A stretch of 54,410 nt of DNA from an uncultured Mycoplasma sp. (GCA_964430785.1 CAYSFJ010000002.1:1-54410), one strand, 5' to 3'. Positions 28,454 to 39,546 are shown, counted from the stretch's first letter. A program made the numbers and translations. Notes: generated by a model from the sequence alone, not told the origin.

Positions 28454-29173
28454 TTAAAATCCCTTTATATAAAGCTTTTGTTTAGTAAGAATATCTGCCT
28501 TATCCGCTGGATATTTTTTTATAAATTTATTATATATTTTATCATACTCTTTTTGATAAATATCTTTATCATCAAAATCAATATTTTTTAATAAATCATT
28601 ATAATTAGTATAACCTAAATTTTTTAAATCATTACCTACTTTTATAATAAACATTTTTTTTGATAATTTATGATTTGCTTTTATTTTCTTATTTATTATT
28701 TTATTTATTCTTTCTTCATTAATATCATCAAATAAACATAAATATTTTAAGATATCATCTTCTTTAAAACCATTTTTTAAAAGAGACATTTTAACTTTTT
28801 CAGGTCCCTCTAAAGAAAGATTTATTTTATCATTGATATATGATTTTATATATAGTTCATTATTTAAATAACCTTGTTTTTTTAGTTTATCAATTATTTT
28901 ATCTTGATCACTTTTTAATATTGATAAAGTATTTAACTTTTTTCTAATTTCATTTTCTGTTCGAAGACGAGTGCTTACAAATTTAATTATTTTATAATAT
29001 GCATCAAATAAATTATTATCTTTTTTTATACTTTCAAATAAAGAGTTATCAATTTCTTTTTTTGAAAAAAGTAAGTATTTTAAAATAGTATCTTGATATA
29101 AAATATATTTTTCATTATCAACTATTACTACATACTTACCATTTTTATTTAATTTTATATTAGTAATTTTCAA
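28454..29173 (-). CDS. recX: Regulatory protein RecX
   Basis: Repeated three-helix units (RTENEIRKKL ... KLKKQGYLNNELYIKSYINDK). Start set to TTG 29173, 2 nt after the nrnA stop codon. Confidence 0.65.
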   Translation of the reverse strand: MKITNIKLNKNGKYVVIVDNEKYILYQDTILKYLLFSKKEIDNSLFESIKKDNNLFDAYYKIIKFVSTRLRTENEIRKKLNTLSILKSDQDKIIDKLKKQGYLNNELYIKSYINDKINLSLEGPEKVKMSLLKNGFKEDDILKYLCLFDDINEERINKIINKKIKANHKLSKKMFIIKVGNDLKNLGYTNYNDLLKNIDFDDKDIYQKEYDKIYNKFIKKYPADKADILTKQKLYIKGF

Positions 29174-29175
29174 TT

Positions 29176-30162
29176 TTAACTTTCTTCCATAGCAAGATAT
29201 TGTGATGCTACACAATCTAAATCTTTTATTAAAGTATCTACATTTTTCTTTTCACTTATTCTTGCACCTGACGCATATTGATGTCCTCCACCATTATATT
29301 TTGAAGCAACTTCATTTATAATTGGTCCTCTTGAACGAATATTTACTTTATATATTTCATTTCTTTCATCATATGTAATAAAACACCATACATTTAATTC
29401 TTCGATAAAATTGAAATTATTAATTAGTACTGAAGCTGCAGATAAATCTACATTATATTCTTCGAGTACCTTATTATCTATTAAAATATAACCAAACTTA
29501 TTATCAGTAATTACTAAATTATTTATTATGTATGCTTCAAATTTACATTCATTAAAACTTTTTTGATACAAATTTGAATAAAGGTTTGTAAAATCAAGGC
29601 TATAATCATTACATAACTTTGCAGCCATTTCAAATGTTCCAACAGTTGTATTTTTAAATAAAAATCTTTCGCTATCAGAAACCATTCCTAAAAATAATTT
29701 TTCTGCAATATCTTTGTCCATAACAAGTTTTGTTTCATAAATAAGATTTGCAACCATTTCACAAGTTGAAGAATAATCACTTGATGTAAAATCTACAGTA
29801 CCCACAATATCCTCTTTAGGATGATGATCTATTTTAACTATATCTTTGTAATCCAAATCATCTGCTCCATCTATCCTATAAAAGTTTGGTACATCTAATA
29901 CAATCAAAAGACTATTTGTTAAACTATTAAAATCTGGTTTATCAAGTGAGCCTAAATACTTAAATTTACTTACTCCTGCACCTACAGCATAAACCCTTTT
30001 ATTTGGAAATGTGAGTTTAATAGAATCACGAAGTGCAATTTGACTTGCAATAGCATCTGGATCTGGTCCAATATGTCTAGCAAGAACTATTTCATCATAT
30101 TTTTTAATTAACTTAAATATCTTTTTATATACTTCCCTATTTATTTTAATCACCCATTTCAA
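29176..30162 (-). CDS. nrnA: DHH-family phosphoesterase (NrnA-like oligoribonuclease/pAp phosphatase)
   Basis: Motifs HIGPDPDAIAS, DHH (KIDHHP) and DHHA1 GGGH. Confidence 0.8.
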   Translation of the reverse strand: MKWVIKINREVYKKIFKLIKKYDEIVLARHIGPDPDAIASQIALRDSIKLTFPNKRVYAVGAGVSKFKYLGSLDKPDFNSLTNSLLIVLDVPNFYRIDGADDLDYKDIVKIDHHPKEDIVGTVDFTSSDYSSTCEMVANLIYETKLVMDKDIAEKLFLGMVSDSERFLFKNTTVGTFEMAAKLCNDYSLDFTNLYSNLYQKSFNECKFEAYIINNLVITDNKFGYILIDNKVLEEYNVDLSAASVLINNFNFIEELNVWCFITYDERNEIYKVNIRSRGPIINEVASKYNGGGHQYASGARISEKKNVDTLIKDLDCVASQYLAMEES

Positions 30163-31336
30163 TTTTTAACTTCATTGTATCTTGAGCAATTAATAGTTCT
30201 TCATTAGTTGGTAAAATATAAACTGGAATAGTTGAATCCTCAGTAGAAATTTTTCTATATTCTCCACGAACGTTATTTAACGACTCATCAAGTTTTACAC
30301 CTAATGATTTAATTCTATCAACAACCATTTTTCTCATTCTTGCACTATTTTCACCAACACCAGCAGTAAATACTATAGCGTCAGCTCCACCAAGCATATT
30401 ATTATACATTGCAATGTAATTAGCAATTTTTTGTGCATACATATTTTCTGCTAAAATAGCCATTTTATTTCCTTCCATTGCAGCATTTTCAACATCTCTT
30501 GCATCTGATGAAATTCCAGATACACCTAAAAAACCACTTTTTTTATTTAAATCATTTGTAATTTCAGATACAGTTTTACCTGTTTTATTACATACATATT
30601 CAATAATAGACGGATCAATATCACCACATCTTGTTCCCATCATAACACCTGCAAGTGGAGTAAATCCCATTGAAGTATCAACTACTTTACCTTCATCAAT
30701 TGCACAAAGTGATGCCCCATTTCCAATATGACAAGTAATAACTTTTAATTCTTCATTTTCAAGTTTTTTACAAAGTTCTGTATATACAAATCTATGACTT
30801 GTTCCATGAAATCCATATTTTCTTACTCCATATTTTTCATACCATTCATAAGGAACTGGATATAAAAAGTGTTCTTCGTCCATAGTTTGATGAAATCCTG
30901 TATCAAATACACCTACATTTATTACTCCTGGAAGTGCTTTCATAAATGCCTCAACTCCAAGAAGATTTGCAGGATTATGAAGAGGTCCAAGTTCATTATA
31001 TTTACTTATTCGTGCAACTACATCTTCATTTAAAACTACTGGATGAGTAAATTCTGCTCCACCATGCAAAATTCTATGTCCTACACCCTCAATTTCATTT
31101 AATGATGAAACAATATGCATATTTACCAAATCTTTAATTAAGCATTCTACGGCTACTGAATGATCTTTTAAATATACTTCTTTTCTTATTTTTTCTCCAT
31201 CATATTTAATTGTATAGAAACTATCTTTTAAACCTATTTTTTCAAATACACCACTAGCGATAGCTTCAGTTTTTGGTAATTCAAATAAAGTAAATTTTAA
31301 AGATGAACTACCAGCATTTATTGATAATATTTTCAT
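30146..31336 (-). CDS. ackA: Acetate kinase
   Basis: N-terminal ILSINAGSSSLKF and GFHGTSH. 396 aa. Confidence 0.95.
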   Translation of the reverse strand: MKILSINAGSSSLKFTLFELPKTEAIASGVFEKIGLKDSFYTIKYDGEKIRKEVYLKDHSVAVECLIKDLVNMHIVSSLNEIEGVGHRILHGGAEFTHPVVLNEDVVARISKYNELGPLHNPANLLGVEAFMKALPGVINVGVFDTGFHQTMDEEHFLYPVPYEWYEKYGVRKYGFHGTSHRFVYTELCKKLENEELKVITCHIGNGASLCAIDEGKVVDTSMGFTPLAGVMMGTRCGDIDPSIIEYVCNKTGKTVSEITNDLNKKSGFLGVSGISSDARDVENAAMEGNKMAILAENMYAQKIANYIAMYNNMLGGADAIVFTAGVGENSARMRKMVVDRIKSLGVKLDESLNNVRGEYRKISTEDSTIPVYILPTNEELLIAQDTMKLKIEMGD

Positions 31337-31567
31337 TTTCTTTCACCTCAAATTAATTATACAAAAAAAATATAACTTTTGCTATATTTTTCTTCTCTTT
31401 TCAAAATAATTAGGTATATTTTTTATTATTATTACCACTTGTTTTTGAATAATTCGCATAATTATTTACATTTCTTCGTAATAAAGATAGCTCATATTCC
31501 TCTTTATGATTAACATTTTCTTTCATATTAATAGTATATTCTAAAATATTTACTCTATGCAAAAAAA

Positions 31568-32749
31568 TTATAGTAAATCACTATAATCTTTATCATTATT
31601 ATTAATTGTAACTATTTTTTGACTTTTAATTGCTTCATAAATAAGTCCATTTTTATCAATTAAAGTTTCATATTCTTTAGCAAGTTTTAAATCTGGGTGA
31701 ATAACAGGATGTTTTGGAACAAATATTGTACAGCAATCTTCATAAGGTCTTATTGAAATATCATAAGTACCAATTTTTTTTGCTAAAGAAATAATTTCAA
31801 GTTTATCAAAGCAGCATACTGGTCTTAAAACTGGCTTTTTTATTGTCTCATTAATTACTTCCATACTTTTAAGTGTTTGAGATGCAACTTGTCCTACACT
31901 TTCTCCATTTATAATTACATGAGCATTACATCTATTTGCCACAATCGCGGAAATTTCATACATAAATCTACGCATAATAGTAATTAAATAATAATTAGGA
32001 ATTTTCTTAATAATTTCCTCTTGTATATGAGTAAAATTTATAATATGGACCTTTACATCTCCATTATAAATAGATAGCTTTCTTGCTAAATCAAATACTT
32101 TCTCTCTTGCCATATCAGATGTATGTGGAGGAGAATCAAAATATATTGCCTCAATTTTAATACCCCTTTTCATAGCTAGATAACCTGCAACTGGAGAATC
32201 AATTCCACCAGAAAGCATAAGAAGGCCTTTTCCCAAAGTAGAAACTGGATAACCACCAAGACCTTTAATGCCCTCAAAATAAACAAGTACCTCATTTATT
32301 CTAATTTCAATACAAACCTCTAAATCAAAATTTTCAAGTAATACTTTTTTATTTTGCATGTTTTTTAAAATATGAGCACCCACTAGCTTAGAAATATCAA
32401 CCGAAGAAATTTCATAATGTTTATCACTTCTTTTAGTGGTAACTCTAAATGTATTAAAATCTTTGTTTTTTATTAAATTAATTACATTTTCTTTAATAGA
32501 GTTAAGATCCTTTTCTTTGAAAATATAACCTATCATAATTTCATGAATACCAAATACATTTTTTAATTTCTCTTTCACATTTGAAATATTTTCTGTATAG
32601 ATAATCATTCTTCCAACATCAGATGATATATAAAAATTTTCATTTTTTAAAATATATTCAATATTATGTTTTAATGATTTAATAAAAAAATTAATATTAT
32701 CACTTTTTGTAGAAAGTTCAGCATATTTTATAATAATAACTTTTTCCAT
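31568..32749 (-). CDS. thiI: tRNA 4-thiouridine synthase ThiI
   Basis: THUMP-type N-terminal half and PP-loop SGGIDSPVA. Confidence 0.9.
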   Translation of the reverse strand: MEKVIIIKYAELSTKSDNINFFIKSLKHNIEYILKNENFYISSDVGRMIIYTENISNVKEKLKNVFGIHEIMIGYIFKEKDLNSIKENVINLIKNKDFNTFRVTTKRSDKHYEISSVDISKLVGAHILKNMQNKKVLLENFDLEVCIEIRINEVLVYFEGIKGLGGYPVSTLGKGLLMLSGGIDSPVAGYLAMKRGIKIEAIYFDSPPHTSDMAREKVFDLARKLSIYNGDVKVHIINFTHIQEEIIKKIPNYYLITIMRRFMYEISAIVANRCNAHVIINGESVGQVASQTLKSMEVINETIKKPVLRPVCCFDKLEIISLAKKIGTYDISIRPYEDCCTIFVPKHPVIHPDLKLAKEYETLIDKNGLIYEAIKSQKIVTINNNDKDYSDLL

Positions 32750-33886
32750 TTAATCCTTCCTTACTAAACTATTAAGTGATTCAAAATTTCTATCAAATGC
32801 TTTTAGAAATTTGTCTATTTCCTCACTTGTAGTTATGCTAGATAAACTAATCCTTATTGTATGTGATGCCCTTTTTATATCATTATATAATGCCATTATC
32901 GCACTTGATGATTCCCCAGAAGAACATGCAGTATTTGTAGATAAATATATTTCTTCTTTATCCATTGCATGAATAAATGTTTCTGGTTTAATATTCATAA
33001 GTGAAATATTTAAAATATGTGGAATTGAATATTTTGTTTTATTAATTAATATATCTGGATATTTACTAAGTTTATTACATATTCTTTCATTTAATAAATT
33101 TACATATTTTTCTTTTTTTTCAACACCCTCAAGGGAAAGTCTTACTGCTTTTGAAAATCCTACAATTAAAGGAAGCGGTGGCGTTCCAGGTTTCAAATCA
33201 TTAGATTTTCCACTTCCATATAAAATTGGTTTAATTTTAACCATACTGTTTTTATAAAGCATTGCAATACCTTTTGGGCCAAATATTTTATGTGAAGATA
33301 TTGTTGCTAAATCAGTATCTAAAAGTGAAACAGATATCTTACCTACTGCTTGAGTCATATCACTATGAAATAATGTATATGGATTTTCTTTTTTTATTAT
33401 TTGCCTAATCATTTTAAGTGGTTGTCTTATACCAAGTTCACTATTAACTGCAGCAATACTTACTAAAATTGTATCAGGTCTAATTAATCTTTTTAATTCC
33501 TCAAAATCTACAAGTCCTTCAGAATTTGAATTAACATAACTGATTTCAAAACCAATATTTTTTAAATAATTACAAATATCATATACATCAGCATGTTCAA
33601 GTTTTGAAACAATAATATGTTTTCCTTTTTTATAATATGCCAGAGCAGAACCAATTATTGCTAAATTATTACTTTCTGTTGAAGATGATGTATAAGTAAT
33701 TTCACTTTCTAAAATATTAAAGCAATTTGCAATTTGTTTGTTTGCACTATTAAGTAAATTTTTTGATTTTATACCAAGCCCATTTAAGGAATTAGCATTA
33801 CCAATAAACTCTCTAGTTACTTTATTCATAGTATCTTGTACCTCTAAAGCAACTGGAGTTGTTGCACTATAATCTAAATATATCAT
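32750..33886 (-). CDS. iscS: Cysteine desulfurase (NifZ/IscS-like)
   Basis: PLP lysine in SSHKIFGPKG and catalytic Cys loop TACSSGES. Directly upstream of thiI, as in Bacilli. Confidence 0.9.
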   Translation of the reverse strand: MIYLDYSATTPVALEVQDTMNKVTREFIGNANSLNGLGIKSKNLLNSANKQIANCFNILESEITYTSSSTESNNLAIIGSALAYYKKGKHIIVSKLEHADVYDICNYLKNIGFEISYVNSNSEGLVDFEELKRLIRPDTILVSIAAVNSELGIRQPLKMIRQIIKKENPYTLFHSDMTQAVGKISVSLLDTDLATISSHKIFGPKGIAMLYKNSMVKIKPILYGSGKSNDLKPGTPPLPLIVGFSKAVRLSLEGVEKKEKYVNLLNERICNKLSKYPDILINKTKYSIPHILNISLMNIKPETFIHAMDKEEIYLSTNTACSSGESSSAIMALYNDIKRASHTIRISLSSITTSEEIDKFLKAFDRNFESLNSLVRKD

Positions 33887-33895
33887 ATTGCCCCC

Positions 33896-35614
33896 TTAAT
33901 CTTTAAAATTCTCAAGTAATTTATGATGAATACCAGGTTCAACAATATTAATTGCACTAATAGCTTGTTCTAAACATAATTTATAATTGCCCTTATAAAA
34001 TGAATTTTCTGCTTTAGTTAAACCAAAATCAACATCTTTATTAACTACTCTATATCTATTACCATATACTACTGCCATTTCAGCCATTTTTGCAGTTTTA
34101 GTGGTTTCATTAATTGTATTATAAACCTTTAAAACTAAATCTCTTGCAGTATCAACACGCATATTTAATGTTTTAATTGAAATAGGCCTTTTTTCAAGTT
34201 GAGAAATCATCTCTTTTATAGCAAGAGAAGCCTCAGCAAATTCTACATAATAATTTTTAGGTATCACTGGAAGTTTATATTCTCTAGCCTTTAACTTACA
34301 ATCTTTTAAAATTTCTTCGATTTCATTGAGTTGCTCTTTTGCCCTTAATTCATCATCTTTTAAACTACTTAATGTTTCTAAAGTATGATTTAGTTTCTCT
34401 TCATTTTTAAGAAGTTTACTATTAATATTTTCCATTTCACTTGCAAGTTTTGAATATGCTAATGTTTTATTTCTAAATATATCAATTATATGATCATAAC
34501 TATTATGATTATCAACTATATTATCTTTTATTTCAATAATACTTGCAACTTCATCATCAGTTAAATCATAACTATATTTAAGCTCATCAACCTTTTTAAA
34601 AAGTTCTTGACTAATTTTTTCAAGTTTTGATAGTTTTATACCTATACTACGCATATAATCATCAAAAAGTCTCTTGCTAACTTTCTCATTTTCAAAATCA
34701 TTATATAATGAATCAAAATAATCATGCATTGTTTTAAGTTCAAAAATAGAGTCTTCAACATCTAAAACATTTAATCTTTGAAAAATATCAATAATCTTTT
34801 TATTTGCTTCTTCAATATTATATTCAATATTTAAATAATCTAAATTATAACCACTTTGAACCATTTTCTTATATATTAATTTAATATCTTCAATTTTTTT
34901 TGGTATAAGATTTTCACCATATAAACATATTGTTTTAGTTTCCTTTATTATTTCATTTAGATTTGAAACAATATCATCAATAGCCTTTACTATTTTAGGT
35001 GCTTCAGTATAGGCATTTTTTTCCATTGCATCTTCAAAACTAGCAAATAATTTATCTACATTTTCAAATTGTAATTCTAATGGATTTTTAACTTTAATAT
35101 AACTATCTGGATCTTCTTTATAAGCAGTAAGTACATTACGATATTCTGCTTTTAGTTTAGTAATTTTATCTCTATTTCTTTCCTCACTTAAAGTAATTTC
35201 TTTTATTTCATCAAGTAAAAAAGATGATTTTGTTTGTAAATAATTCAAATCCATTTCAGTTTTTATAATTGAGGCTTTTAAATTAGCATAATCTTTTGTT
35301 TCAAAATAATTTTGAACTTCATTAATTAAATCAGTTATTTTTGGAATATCTTCATTTTTTATTTCATTAAATTTTTTTTGCCATAATTCATATTTTTTTC
35401 TTAAATCATCATTATTAATTAAACTTTCTACTTTATTAAGTTCAGAAAGTATACCAGCGGAAATTATTAAATTTTTTTGTCTTTCAAGTTCATTTATTTG
35501 AGCTAAATATTTCTTTTTAGTTTTATTTGAAATCAACAATAAAACAATTACAATTATTATCATTGTAAGAAAATAGTAACCAATAGCAAATAACATAAAC
35601 ATTTCTCTAGTCAT
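33896..35614 (-). CDS. ezrA: Septation ring formation regulator EzrA
   Basis: Single N-terminal TM segment followed by ~540 aa of coiled-coil repeats. Conserved position next to iscS-thiI. Confidence 0.8.
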   Translation of the reverse strand: MTREMFMLFAIGYYFLTMIIIVIVLLLISNKTKKKYLAQINELERQKNLIISAGILSELNKVESLINNDDLRKKYELWQKKFNEIKNEDIPKITDLINEVQNYFETKDYANLKASIIKTEMDLNYLQTKSSFLLDEIKEITLSEERNRDKITKLKAEYRNVLTAYKEDPDSYIKVKNPLELQFENVDKLFASFEDAMEKNAYTEAPKIVKAIDDIVSNLNEIIKETKTICLYGENLIPKKIEDIKLIYKKMVQSGYNLDYLNIEYNIEEANKKIIDIFQRLNVLDVEDSIFELKTMHDYFDSLYNDFENEKVSKRLFDDYMRSIGIKLSKLEKISQELFKKVDELKYSYDLTDDEVASIIEIKDNIVDNHNSYDHIIDIFRNKTLAYSKLASEMENINSKLLKNEEKLNHTLETLSSLKDDELRAKEQLNEIEEILKDCKLKAREYKLPVIPKNYYVEFAEASLAIKEMISQLEKRPISIKTLNMRVDTARDLVLKVYNTINETTKTAKMAEMAVVYGNRYRVVNKDVDFGLTKAENSFYKGNYKLCLEQAISAINIVEPGIHHKLLENFKD

Positions 35615-35680
35615 CCATCTTTTTTCCTTTACATATATTTTATTTTATCATAAATACATAAAAAAAAGAATATGATTTTA

Positions 35681-35709
35681 TTGATTTTTTTTAATTATTA
35701 TATTATAAT
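35681..35709 (+). promoter_or_regulatory. Promoter for tRNA-Arg
   Basis: TTGATT, 17 nt, TATAAT. Confidence 0.6.
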
Positions 35710-35737
35710 TAATTTGCTTTATGAAAAGCATTACTTT

Positions 35738-35814
35738 GCGCCCATAGCTCAACTGGATAGAGCATTTGACTACGGATCAAAAGGTTGGGGGTTCGAATCC
35801 CTTTGGGCGTACCA
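35738..35814 (+). tRNA. tRNA-Arg (anticodon ACG), CCA encoded
   Basis: Hand-folded cloverleaf. Acceptor GCGCCCA/TGGGCGT, D arm GCTC..GAGC, anticodon stem TTTGA/TCAAA with loop CTACGGA, T arm with GTTCGAATC. Confidence 0.9.
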
Positions 35815-35838
35815 TTTTATAAAATATGATTTTTATAT

Positions 35839-35866
35839 TTGCAAAAGCCAAAATATGTGGTATAAT
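35839..35866 (+). promoter_or_regulatory. Promoter for tRNA-Pro
   Basis: TTGCAA, 16 nt (with TGn), TATAAT. Confidence 0.55.
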
Positions 35867-35877
35867 TAATTTGTTTT

Positions 35878-35954
35878 CGAGAAGTAGCACAGCTTGGTAG
35901 TGCACTACGCTTGGGACGTAGGGGTCGCAGGTTCAAATCCTGTCTTCTCGACCA
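35878..35954 (+). tRNA. tRNA-Pro (anticodon UGG), CCA encoded
   Basis: Acceptor CGAGAAG/CTTCTCG, D arm GCAC..GTGC, anticodon stem CTACG/CGTAG with loop CTTGGGA, T arm GCAGGTTCAAATCCTGT. Confidence 0.9.
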
Positions 35955-35964
35955 TTTAAAATTT

Positions 35965-35987
35965 ACTAGGGAAACCTAGTTTTTTTA
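35965..35987 (+). terminator. Terminator after tRNA-Pro
   Basis: Stem ACTAGG/CCTAGT, loop GAAA, then TTTTTTT. Confidence 0.7.
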
Positions 35988-36000
35988 TTTATATTACATA

Positions 36001-36036
36001 AAAAAAACTAAGTAAAAATTATTTATTTTCACTTAG
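36001..36036 (-). terminator. Terminator after the 63-aa ORF
   Basis: Stem CTAAGT/ACTTAG with a 17-nt loop, then a T-run on the minus strand. Confidence 0.45.
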
Positions 36037-36049
36037 CCATTAATACTAA

Positions 36050-36241
36050 TTATTTATTATTTACCCTATTTTGAGTAAATTCTTTGTTCATATTATATGC
36101 AATAACTTTATTTGAATTAATTTTACTTAAAGAATAATTATTTATACTAATGTTTTTACCATACATATAAAGTACTCCCGAAATTAGACAAATTAATAAA
36201 CTCATAATACTAACTGTAATATAGTATGCACTTTTTTTCAT
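36050..36241 (-). CDS. Small membrane-anchored hypothetical protein (63 aa)
   Basis: Strong SD (AAGGGGG) before the ATG. One N-terminal TM segment. Confidence 0.45.
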   Translation of the reverse strand: MKKSAYYITVSIMSLLICLISGVLYMYGKNISINNYSLSKINSNKVIAYNMNKEFTQNRVNNK

Positions 36242-36353
36242 TATTTCCCCCTTACAAGGATAATATTACCATATTTTTAGAAAAACGTAAAGTAAATGTA
36301 AAATAATCATTATATTCTACTTTTTTTAATATACTTAAATGGAGGTATTTACT

Positions 36354-38906
36354 TTGGGACTAAATGATAAAGAGGTTTTGGAGTTAAGAAAAAAATATGG
36401 TAGTAATGAAATAACAAGAAAAAAGAGCAGTACTTTTTTTAAGATATTACTAGAATCACTATCTGATCCAATAATAAAAATACTGTTAATAGCACTTTCA
36501 ATTAAAATAGTTTTTCTATTTAAAAATTTTGATTGGTATGAAACATTGGGTATTGTTATTGCAATATTTTTAGCGTCGTTTATTTCCTCAATAAGTGAAT
36601 ACGGCTCTAATAAAGCATTTGAAAGATTATTCGAGGAAAATAGTAAATTAGTTACAAAAGTTTATCGTAATGGTAAACTTACTACAATTTTATCAAGAGA
36701 AATAGTTATAAATGATTTACTTATTCTTTCCTCTGGAGATAAAATATGTGCTGATGGTATTATTGAAGAGGGATTTTTACAGGTAGATGAATCTTTTATT
36801 ACTGGTGAAAGTAAAGAGGTTTATAAAAAAACCACTGATAAAGTTTACAGTGGAAGTACAATATATAAAGGTAGTGCTAAAATAAAAGTCACAGAAATTG
36901 GTGATAAAACCTTCATGGGAAGTATTTCATCAGGTATTCAAGAAGAAAAAGGCGAAAGTCCTCTTAAAACAAGACTTAGAGTTCTTGCAAAAAGCATTAG
37001 TAGACTTGGTTATATTGGAGCATTTTTAGCAAGTATTGCCTATCTTTTCATGCAAATTGTTGTAAAAAATAATTTTAATTTAGAACTTATTATTGAAACA
37101 ATTAAAAATATACCTTTAATGCTTAACTATTTATTTTATACATTAACTTTAACTGTAACTATTATTATTGTGGCAGTTCCTGAAGGACTTCCTATGATGA
37201 TAACTTTAGTACTTTCTTCGAATATGAAAAAAATGCTTAAAGATAATGTTTTAGTTAGAAAACTTGTTGGTATTGAAACAAGTGGAAGTATAAATGTACT
37301 TCTTTGTGATAAAACGGGTACTCTTACAATGGGAAAATTAAATGTAAAATATATAATGACCAAAGATGGAAAGTGTTTTGAAAATAAAAATGAATTAACT
37401 TTTTATAAAAATTATTATGAAATATTAGCTAAATCTTTATATCTAAATAATGAAAGTATTTTTGATGGAAATAAAGTTATCGGTGGAAACACCACTGACA
37501 GAGCTATTAAAAATTTTATAGGAAATTTAAATATAAGTGAAGAAATTATAAATAAAAAACTATTTACCTCTGAAGATAAATATAGTATGGTTCAAACAAA
37601 AGATTATTACTACTTTAAAGGAGCCTGTGAAATATTACTTGATAAATGTCAAAAATATTTAAGTATATCTGGTAATGAAGAAAAATTTATTTCAAAAAGT
37701 TTTATTCAAAGTATGGTTAAAAACTATACTTGTAAAGGATACCGAGTTTTAGTTAATGCATATGGTAAAAATAAAGATGACTTAGTTTTCATTAATCTTA
37801 TTGTTATTTCAGATATCTTAAGAAAAGCGGCAAAACCAAGTTTAAACTTAATAAATAATGCTGGAATTAAAACTATTATGATAACTGGTGATGCTAAAGA
37901 AACAGCTATAAGTATTGGTAAAGAACTTGGAATTTATAAAGAAAAATCTCTTGCCTTAACTCATAATGAACTTTCATCACTTACAGATGAACAAATAATT
38001 AGTTTATATCCAAATTTATGTATTGTAGCAAGAGCATTACCGCAAGATAAAAGTAGACTTGTAAGTATACTTCAGTCACATAAGTTAGTAGTAGCAATGA
38101 CTGGTGATGGAGTAAATGATGCACTTGCACTTAAAAAAAGTGATGTGGGTTTTGCCCTAGGAAGTGGTTCTGAAGTTGCAAAAGATGCAAGTGATATTGT
38201 AATATTAGATGATAATATTTCTTCGATTTGCAAAGCAATATTATATGGAAGAACTATATTTAAAAGTATTAGAAAATTTATTATTTATCAACTTACAGTT
38301 AATATTTGTGCTTTAATTTTATCTATTGTGGGAGTTTTATTAGGAATAAGTACCCCAATTACAATAATTCAAATGTTATGGCTTAATATGATTATGGATA
38401 CCTTTGCAGGCCTTGCCTTTTCATATGAACCTCCACTTAAAGAATATCTAAATGAATTACCTAAAAGTAAAGATGAAGTTATCTTAAATAAATATATGTT
38501 AAATCAAATCATTGTAAATGGTGCATATTGTGCATTAATTTGTTTACTTTTTTTAAAACTTCCTATTATTAAACATTTTATAAGATTTTCACAAACAGAT
38601 AAATTTTTATATACTGCCTATTTTGCTCTTTTCATTTTTATGGGTATATGTAATTCATTTACCTCTAGGACACATAGATTAAATATTTTTGCACATATAC
38701 TTAAAAATAAAGTATTTCTAATTATTAATACATTTATATTTTTTGCACAAATATATATTATTTATTATGGAGGTAATTTATTTAGAACTTATGGATTAAC
38801 TTTTAAAGAATTATTATTTTGTCTCATATTATCATTAACAGTTTTTCCAGTAGATTATATACGTAAATATATTCTAAAGAAAAGAAATATAAAAATTGGT
38901 GTATAA
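36354..38906 (+). CDS. P-type Ca2+-transporting ATPase (P2 type, YloB-like)
   Basis: Motifs TGES, VPEGLP, DKTGTLT and TGDGVNDA. Ten predicted TM segments. Start moved to the TTG 8 nt after GGAGG, because the track ATG lies inside the SD. Confidence 0.9.
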   Translation: MGLNDKEVLELRKKYGSNEITRKKSSTFFKILLESLSDPIIKILLIALSIKIVFLFKNFDWYETLGIVIAIFLASFISSISEYGSNKAFERLFEENSKLVTKVYRNGKLTTILSREIVINDLLILSSGDKICADGIIEEGFLQVDESFITGESKEVYKKTTDKVYSGSTIYKGSAKIKVTEIGDKTFMGSISSGIQEEKGESPLKTRLRVLAKSISRLGYIGAFLASIAYLFMQIVVKNNFNLELIIETIKNIPLMLNYLFYTLTLTVTIIIVAVPEGLPMMITLVLSSNMKKMLKDNVLVRKLVGIETSGSINVLLCDKTGTLTMGKLNVKYIMTKDGKCFENKNELTFYKNYYEILAKSLYLNNESIFDGNKVIGGNTTDRAIKNFIGNLNISEEIINKKLFTSEDKYSMVQTKDYYYFKGACEILLDKCQKYLSISGNEEKFISKSFIQSMVKNYTCKGYRVLVNAYGKNKDDLVFINLIVISDILRKAAKPSLNLINNAGIKTIMITGDAKETAISIGKELGIYKEKSLALTHNELSSLTDEQIISLYPNLCIVARALPQDKSRLVSILQSHKLVVAMTGDGVNDALALKKSDVGFALGSGSEVAKDASDIVILDDNISSICKAILYGRTIFKSIRKFIIYQLTVNICALILSIVGVLLGISTPITIIQMLWLNMIMDTFAGLAFSYEPPLKEYLNELPKSKDEVILNKYMLNQIIVNGAYCALICLLFLKLPIIKHFIRFSQTDKFLYTAYFALFIFMGICNSFTSRTHRLNIFAHILKNKVFLIINTFIFFAQIYIIYYGGNLFRTYGLTFKELLFCLILSLTVFPVDYIRKYILKKRNIKIGV

Positions 38907-38925
38907 AAAAATGTAAGAAAAATTC

Positions 38926-39546
38926 CTACATTTTTAACTTATCAATTTGATTATCATAATTATCACTATTAGTAATAAATGAACCACTTATAACTAAATC
39001 TACCTTACCTTTTACAAAATTAATAGTTTCATCATTTATACCACCATCTACAGCAATATTATAATTGTAAATACCTTTTATACTATTTAAATATTCTATG
39101 GTAGGAATAACCTTTTTTAAGAAAGGTTGACCTCCTTTACCTGGATTTACACTCATAACTAAAACATCATCAACTAAATGAAAATATTTAGCAAAATCCA
39201 TTATATATTCATCTGGATTTATTGCTATACCTACCTTAAAATTTAATGCTTTAATATATTCAATTATATCTTTTGTATTTTTTACATTATGAATAATTAT
39301 TTCATCAACATTAAGTCCTTTTAACATATCTATATACCTTTTTGGATAATCAACCATTAAATGAATACTTAATTTTTTATTTACTCTATTAAATAAATTA
39401 AGAAATTCTCTTTGATTAAAATTATTTGTTTTAACATAAGTTCCATCACATATATCACAATGTATATAATCTGCTTTAGAATTTTCTATTTGTTTAATAG
39501 ATTCTTTATAATTATTACTACTTAAATAACTTACTGCGATTTTCAT
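38926..39546 (-). CDS. rpe: Ribulose-phosphate 3-epimerase (divergent)
   Basis: Motifs IHCDICDGTYV, IHLMV, MSVNPGKGGQPF and VDGGIN. Located in the rsgA-rpe position of Bacilli. Confidence 0.8.
   Translation of the reverse strand: MKIAVSYLSSNNYKESIKQIENSKADYIHCDICDGTYVKTNNFNQREFLNLFNRVNKKLSIHLMVDYPKRYIDMLKGLNVDEIIIHNVKNTKDIIEYIKALNFKVGIAINPDEYIMDFAKYFHLVDDVLVMSVNPGKGGQPFLKKVIPTIEYLNSIKGIYNYNIAVDGGINDETINFVKGKVDLVISGSFITNSDNYDNQIDKLKM

Noticed and set aside
31410-31526. 38-aa minus-strand ORF (MKENVNHKEEYELSLLRRNVNNYANYSKTSGNNNKKYT) in the thiI-ackA spacer
   Set aside because: No SD, no recognisable family and a hydrophilic low-complexity tail. It cannot be distinguished from chance in a 230-bp AT-rich spacer.
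35672-35869. 65-aa plus-strand ORF spanning the tRNA region
   Set aside because: It reads straight through tRNA-Arg (35738-35814). The tRNA cloverleaf and its promoter explain the sequence.
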